In this document: positions 60,733 to 64,000 of the stretch, piece after piece
Numbering within the stretch: the stretch's first letter is position 1
Layout of the letters: each line of letters starts with the position of its first letter
Assembly (NCBI GenBank): GCA_029210695.1
Contig: JARGFH010000014.1
Span: forward strand, 1 to 64,000
Source of the DNA: Acidimicrobiia bacterium
GTDB taxonomy: Bacteria; Actinomycetota; Acidimicrobiia; Spongiisociales; JAHEDJ01
Direction of reading: 5' to 3'
DNA: 64,000 nt
Program-made: the position numbers and the translations under genes
Notes under the pieces: model-generated
Database searches by the model: none
Told to the model about the DNA's origin: nothing
The model's input: the letters and a program-made list of their open reading frames with translations, nothing else

Positions 60733-60758
60733 CACCGCCCACTCGCTTTACGATTCGG

Positions 60759-60787
60759 GCCAGATAGCCGCCAGATAGCGGCCAGAT
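60759..60787 (+). promoter_or_regulatory. Three GCCAGAT heptamers at 11-bp period; candidate SARP binding site
   Basis: gccagat at 60759, 60770 and 60781, between the SARP gene and the next gene. Confidence 0.75.
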
Positions 60788-60809
60788 GCCTCCACCGCAC
60801 GGTGGAGGC

Positions 60810-61460
60810 ATGAAGAGAATCATCGCCTTCCTCATCACAGCGGCTCTCCTCACCCCGGTTGGGGCGCAACCGGCCGCATCGAAAGTCACCGATCCAGCGC
60901 TTGCACTGACACTCACGCCATACCTGACCGAAGCTAGCCACGCATCCGCACTGGAGTTCGAGACAGTACCCAAGGAGCCGGTTCATAGCCCCGTCGACCC
61001 AGAAGCCGCTGCGCTGATGACGTGGGCGCGGACGAGATTCGAAGCCGCCGGCCTGACACTGCCCGACGTCACACTCTTCGTGCACGAGAGCCGCGACTCG
61101 TGCGACGGCAACGTCGGGCTCTTCAAAGGCTCCGACGCTGGCGGCGAGGTTCACCTCTGCACCGAAGACATGAACCTCGTCAAGCGCAGGACGCTGCTCC
61201 ATGAACTAGGCCACGCATGGACCCTGCAGCACCTCTCAGGCGAAGACATCTCGTCCTTCCTGGCGTTGCGCGGTCTCGAGCACTGGAGCGAACCCGCACC
61301 GTGGTATCACCGAGGCATTGAGCACGCCGCCGAGATCATGGCATGGGGTTTGTACGACACAGAACTTCGCGTGGTCACGATCGAGCCCAGCGACCCAGCA
61401 AGCCTGAGGATCGCTTTCCGCTTCCTGACCGGGGCTGATCCCATCTGCGGCGAGAATTGA
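60810..61460 (+). CDS. Secreted zincin-like metallopeptidase
   Basis: Signal peptide MKRIIAFLITAALLTPVGA; LLHELGHAW...IEHAAEI; GGAGG RBS. Confidence 0.8.
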   Translation: MKRIIAFLITAALLTPVGAQPAASKVTDPALALTLTPYLTEASHASALEFETVPKEPVHSPVDPEAAALMTWARTRFEAAGLTLPDVTLFVHESRDSCDGNVGLFKGSDAGGEVHLCTEDMNLVKRRTLLHELGHAWTLQHLSGEDISSFLALRGLEHWSEPAPWYHRGIEHAAEIMAWGLYDTELRVVTIEPSDPASLRIAFRFLTGADPICGEN

Positions 61461-61552
61461 CCAGGCAGAACGGCTCCCGTTCCACTCGCGGCTCTTGAGC
61501 CAGCCGCCTCCGCAACACCACCTCGGCGCAGTGGTCGCGAGGCTTGGCAGAC

Positions 61553-62683
61553 TCAGTTGCCAAGACGGAGCACGGTGCTACGTGCATCCCTGCTTAGCGT
61601 GCGTGAAGCCAGCTGGGCCTCAAGGCGCTCTGCTGCGGCCTCGTCGGCGCCTTCGTAGAGATGGCCGTACACGTCCAGAACTGTGCGTACCGAGGTGTGG
61701 CCTAGCCGGTCGGCGATCACCTTCGGGTGTTCGCCCTGGGCGATGAGGAGCGCTACCTGGGATCGGCGCAGCGTGTGAGTTCCCAGGTCCTGGTCCAGGC
61801 CGGCACCGGCGAGGGCGCGCTTCCACACACGACGCATCCACGCCGTTCTCCGGATGGGGCCACCTTCCGGTGCCGGGAATATCCAGGCTTCCGGTCCGGT
61901 CTCATCGAGCCGGGCGATGTGCTCGATGAGTTGCTCGGTTATCGACCGGGGGAGCACGACGGTTCTTATGCTCTTCGTCGTCTTGGGTGGACCGACGATC
62001 ACCTCGCCCCGCACGTCGGACGCCGTTCGGCGAACGCGGATCAGACTCCTGAGAGGATCGAAGTCGCCGAGTTGAAGACCAGCGAGCTCGCCGATCCGAA
62101 GCCCACCAAAGGCGCCGACGAGCACGAGTGCCCTATAGCGAGGGTCGATCGCATCGGCGAGACGCATCACCTCCTCGACCGTGAAGGCAACAGGTTCGCT
62201 CCGCTCGATCTTGGGGAGCCGGACATCGCGGGCGGGGGAGAGGGCGATCAATCGATCTCGCACCGCCAACCGGAACACGCCGGAGGCGATCTGCCATGCC
62301 TTCTGGACGGTGGCCGGCGCCTTGCCCTCCGCCATCAGATCGGCGACCCACGCCTCGAGATCAGACGGCTGCACGCTCCCGACCGGCTTGTCACCGAGGT
62401 GGGGGAGCACGAGCGAGTGGAGATAGGACCGATCTCGAGCTTGGGTGGACTTCCGGAGCGCCACGCGCCCCGCCAACCACCGCTCGGCGACCGACTCGAA
62501 TAGCACTCGCCCCGCCCGGGGGTCCACCCATTCCCCTCGGTCGAGCTTGACCAGTTCGTTGTTCAACCAGCGTTGGGCGTCGATCCGACGATCGAACGTC
62601 CGAGAGCGCCACCTCCGATCGGGAGCCTGATACCGCGCCCGGTACCTCCCGTTTTCGCGTCGGTCGATTGTCGTCCGGGCCAT
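61553..62683 (-). CDS. int: Tyrosine recombinase / phage-type integrase
   Basis: GRYRARY N-terminal arm-binding domain; GLRIGEL, PKT, HTLR, LGH, VYGH catalytic residues. Confidence 0.95.
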   Translation of the reverse strand: MARTTIDRRENGRYRARYQAPDRRWRSRTFDRRIDAQRWLNNELVKLDRGEWVDPRAGRVLFESVAERWLAGRVALRKSTQARDRSYLHSLVLPHLGDKPVGSVQPSDLEAWVADLMAEGKAPATVQKAWQIASGVFRLAVRDRLIALSPARDVRLPKIERSEPVAFTVEEVMRLADAIDPRYRALVLVGAFGGLRIGELAGLQLGDFDPLRSLIRVRRTASDVRGEVIVGPPKTTKSIRTVVLPRSITEQLIEHIARLDETGPEAWIFPAPEGGPIRRTAWMRRVWKRALAGAGLDQDLGTHTLRRSQVALLIAQGEHPKVIADRLGHTSVRTVLDVYGHLYEGADEAAAERLEAQLASRTLSRDARSTVLRLGN

Positions 62684-62705
62684 GACGCCCTCCCTCGTGT
62701 CTCCG

Positions 62706-62939
62706 TCATCCTCTCCCGCTGACACTACGTCGTCGGGACGACACAAACTCATGCGGTTTAGGCTCGATGCGTTCCTGGATCCACTGTTGCACGTCACGCC
62801 ACCGGTAGCGGAGGTGCCGACCCACCCGAAACGCCGGCGGTCCCTCCCTCCGGTAGCGCCAGGCATAGAGCGTCTTGACCGGCACCTCGAGGTAGGCGGC
62901 GAGCTCGCGGACGTCGACAAGGCGCTCGTCGTGTTCCAT
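62706..62939 (-). CDS. xis: Excisionase (HTH_17)
   Basis: ELAAYLEVPVKTLYAWRYRREGPPAFRVGRHLRY; directly upstream of int. Confidence 0.9.
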   Translation of the reverse strand: MEHDERLVDVRELAAYLEVPVKTLYAWRYRREGPPAFRVGRHLRYRWRDVQQWIQERIEPKPHEFVSSRRRSVSGRG

Positions 62940-62958
62940 CGCGAAATCATGCCGGGGC

Positions 62959-63258
62959 ACCCTGTCAGACGGATGTCAATTCGTTGCCATTGGAGTTGCA
63001 CATTGCAGATTCAGAGACTCGCCCCGTGGTTCGGGTGCCTCCGGTGGGAGCCTCGATAGAGCCAATGATTCCGGGCGTTGACAGGGTCCCTGACAGGGTT
63101 GCGGACATTCTGCGGAAAGGGTGGTCGACGGCTCCGAGTGTGATCTCGACATGGCCGGGCTGCCGATCCGCCGCTCGAAGTGGCCTCGTGCCTACAACGA
63201 GAACAACACAGGGGTAGAAAGGTCCCCGGCTTGCCGTATGACAGCCCGGTGACAGGGT
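62959..63258. promoter_or_regulatory. Divergent cluster of TGACAGGGT boxes
   Basis: Minus-strand copy 62959-62967 facing xis; plus-strand copies 63079-63087, 63091-63099 and 63250-63258 facing the oriT copy. Confidence 0.65.
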
Positions 63259-63534
63259 CGTCGGGTTGGATGCCGCTCATGAGACGACCAGAACCGACCA
63301 TGCCGACACTGAATCCGATGGAGTGGCGCCGTGGAGGTGGCCATCCCACACGTCGGCTGGAGCGTGACCGCCACTGCAACGCAACACAAACGATGACGAC
63401 AGCAGCGGAATCCGAATGCTTGCAGTCCCCAGGCACTGAACCGCCCCCACGCTCCGGAGAGCAATCGCCTCCAGCACTACGAACGTCGACGAAAGCGCAC
63501 CGCACCCAGATCGCGATTCGCGCTCACCACCCTC

Positions 63535-63557
63535 CAACACCACACGCACGTGCAACA
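63535..63557 (-). other. Second copy of the putative nic/oriT core
   Basis: caacaccacacgcacgtgcaaca identical to 12673-12695. Confidence 0.75.
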
Positions 63558-64000
63558 CTTCCTGTGTCAAGCCCTGGGTGGTTTGGTTGGTGTTGTCAGG
63601 GCGCGTGGGAGTGGGGCCGCGGCGCGGCCCGTCAGCGGGTGGGTTGTTGGTTCTAGCCGGTTAGGGATTGGAGGTTGCCGTGCCGGTCGGGGTTGTAGGG
63701 GGTGTGGTCGGTCCAGCATCTCCAGATGACCCGGATCCAGGCTCGGGCCAGGACGCGGATGGCGTGGGGGTGGTCACAGCCTCTTGCTCGTGCCTGCCGG
63801 TAGACGTCGTTGGCCCATTGGTTGCCGTGGCGGCTGTTGTTGGCGTAGGTGGTGATGGCCTGTCGGAACCATTTGTTGCACGCCCGTCGGAACAGCACGT
63901 TTCTGTATTTGCCGGATTGTCGGGTGATGGGAGACACGCCTGCTTGTGCGGCGACCGATTCTGCGTCTGGGTAGGCTTGGCGGACGTCGCCCCATTCGGC
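63558..64000 (-). mobile_element. IS110-family element (3' part only)
   Basis: Transposase C-terminus followed by about 95 bp of non-coding DNA ending ...cttgacacaggaag; boundary approximate. Confidence 0.75.
63653..64000 (-). CDS. IS110-family transposase, C-terminal part (runs off the window)
   Basis: AQAGVSPITRQSGK...RRACNKWFRQA...YRQARARGCDHPHAIRVLARAWIRVIWRCW. Confidence 0.9.
   Translation of the reverse strand, partial: AEWGDVRQAYPDAESVAAQAGVSPITRQSGKYRNVLFRRACNKWFRQAITTYANNSRHGNQWANDVYRQARARGCDHPHAIRVLARAWIRVIWRCWTDHTPYNPDRHGNLQSLTG

Larger units (their letters stand above)
57375..64000. mobile_element. Second integrative element (left part): SARP regulator, peptidase, int, xis, oriT copy
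   Basis: Begins after the att fragment; GGACGCG repeats at 57444 and 57455; integrase-excisionase pair; nic-like 23-mer. Confidence 0.6.

Noticed and set aside
62684..63001. N-terminal extension of the integrase (482-aa call)
   Set aside because: Overlaps the excisionase gene and regulatory boxes; MARTTIDRR at 62683 has an RBS and a typical arm-binding domain.
63180..63656. 158-aa ORF across the second oriT copy
   Set aside because: Runs through regulatory boxes, the nic-like site and the IS110 end; no protein motif.

Overview
High-GC sequence whose gene families look actinobacterial; almost all of it is mobile DNA. Positions 1 to about 57374 are the right-hand part of a conjugative ICE. 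It has a MOBF (TrwC-type) relaxase with a likely oriT, a divergent ArdC-DnaG primase fusion, a VirD4 coupling protein, a Gram-positive Tcp/Con-type T4SS operon headed by a sigma-like gene, and a LysM-TM-BTAD protein. It ends at a duplicated 3' half of tRNA-Val (att site). Its cargo is dense with defence genes: a DUF499/DUF1156/SNF2 restriction-like operon extended by GmrSD-like, YaaA-like and GIY-YIG genes; a type II-like CBASS (HNH-SAVED, CD-NTase, E2-E1, no visible Cap3) with a divergent CapH/CapP-like pair; a P-loop kinase-2TM-Nudix fusion; and several proteins with HEPN-type RxxxxH motifs. Three complete IS elements are inserted in it. Beyond the att site a second integrative element begins (SARP/BTAD-NTPase regulator, secreted metallopeptidase, tyrosine integrase, excisionase). 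The most notable signals are non-coding. The second element carries an exact 23-bp copy of the ICE's putative nic site and the same oriented TGACAGGGT boxes that precede the ICE transfer operons, which suggests a co-regulated, mobilisable satellite or sister element. An IS110 element sits directly against that second nic copy. All family assignments come from motif recognition by eye, not database searches.
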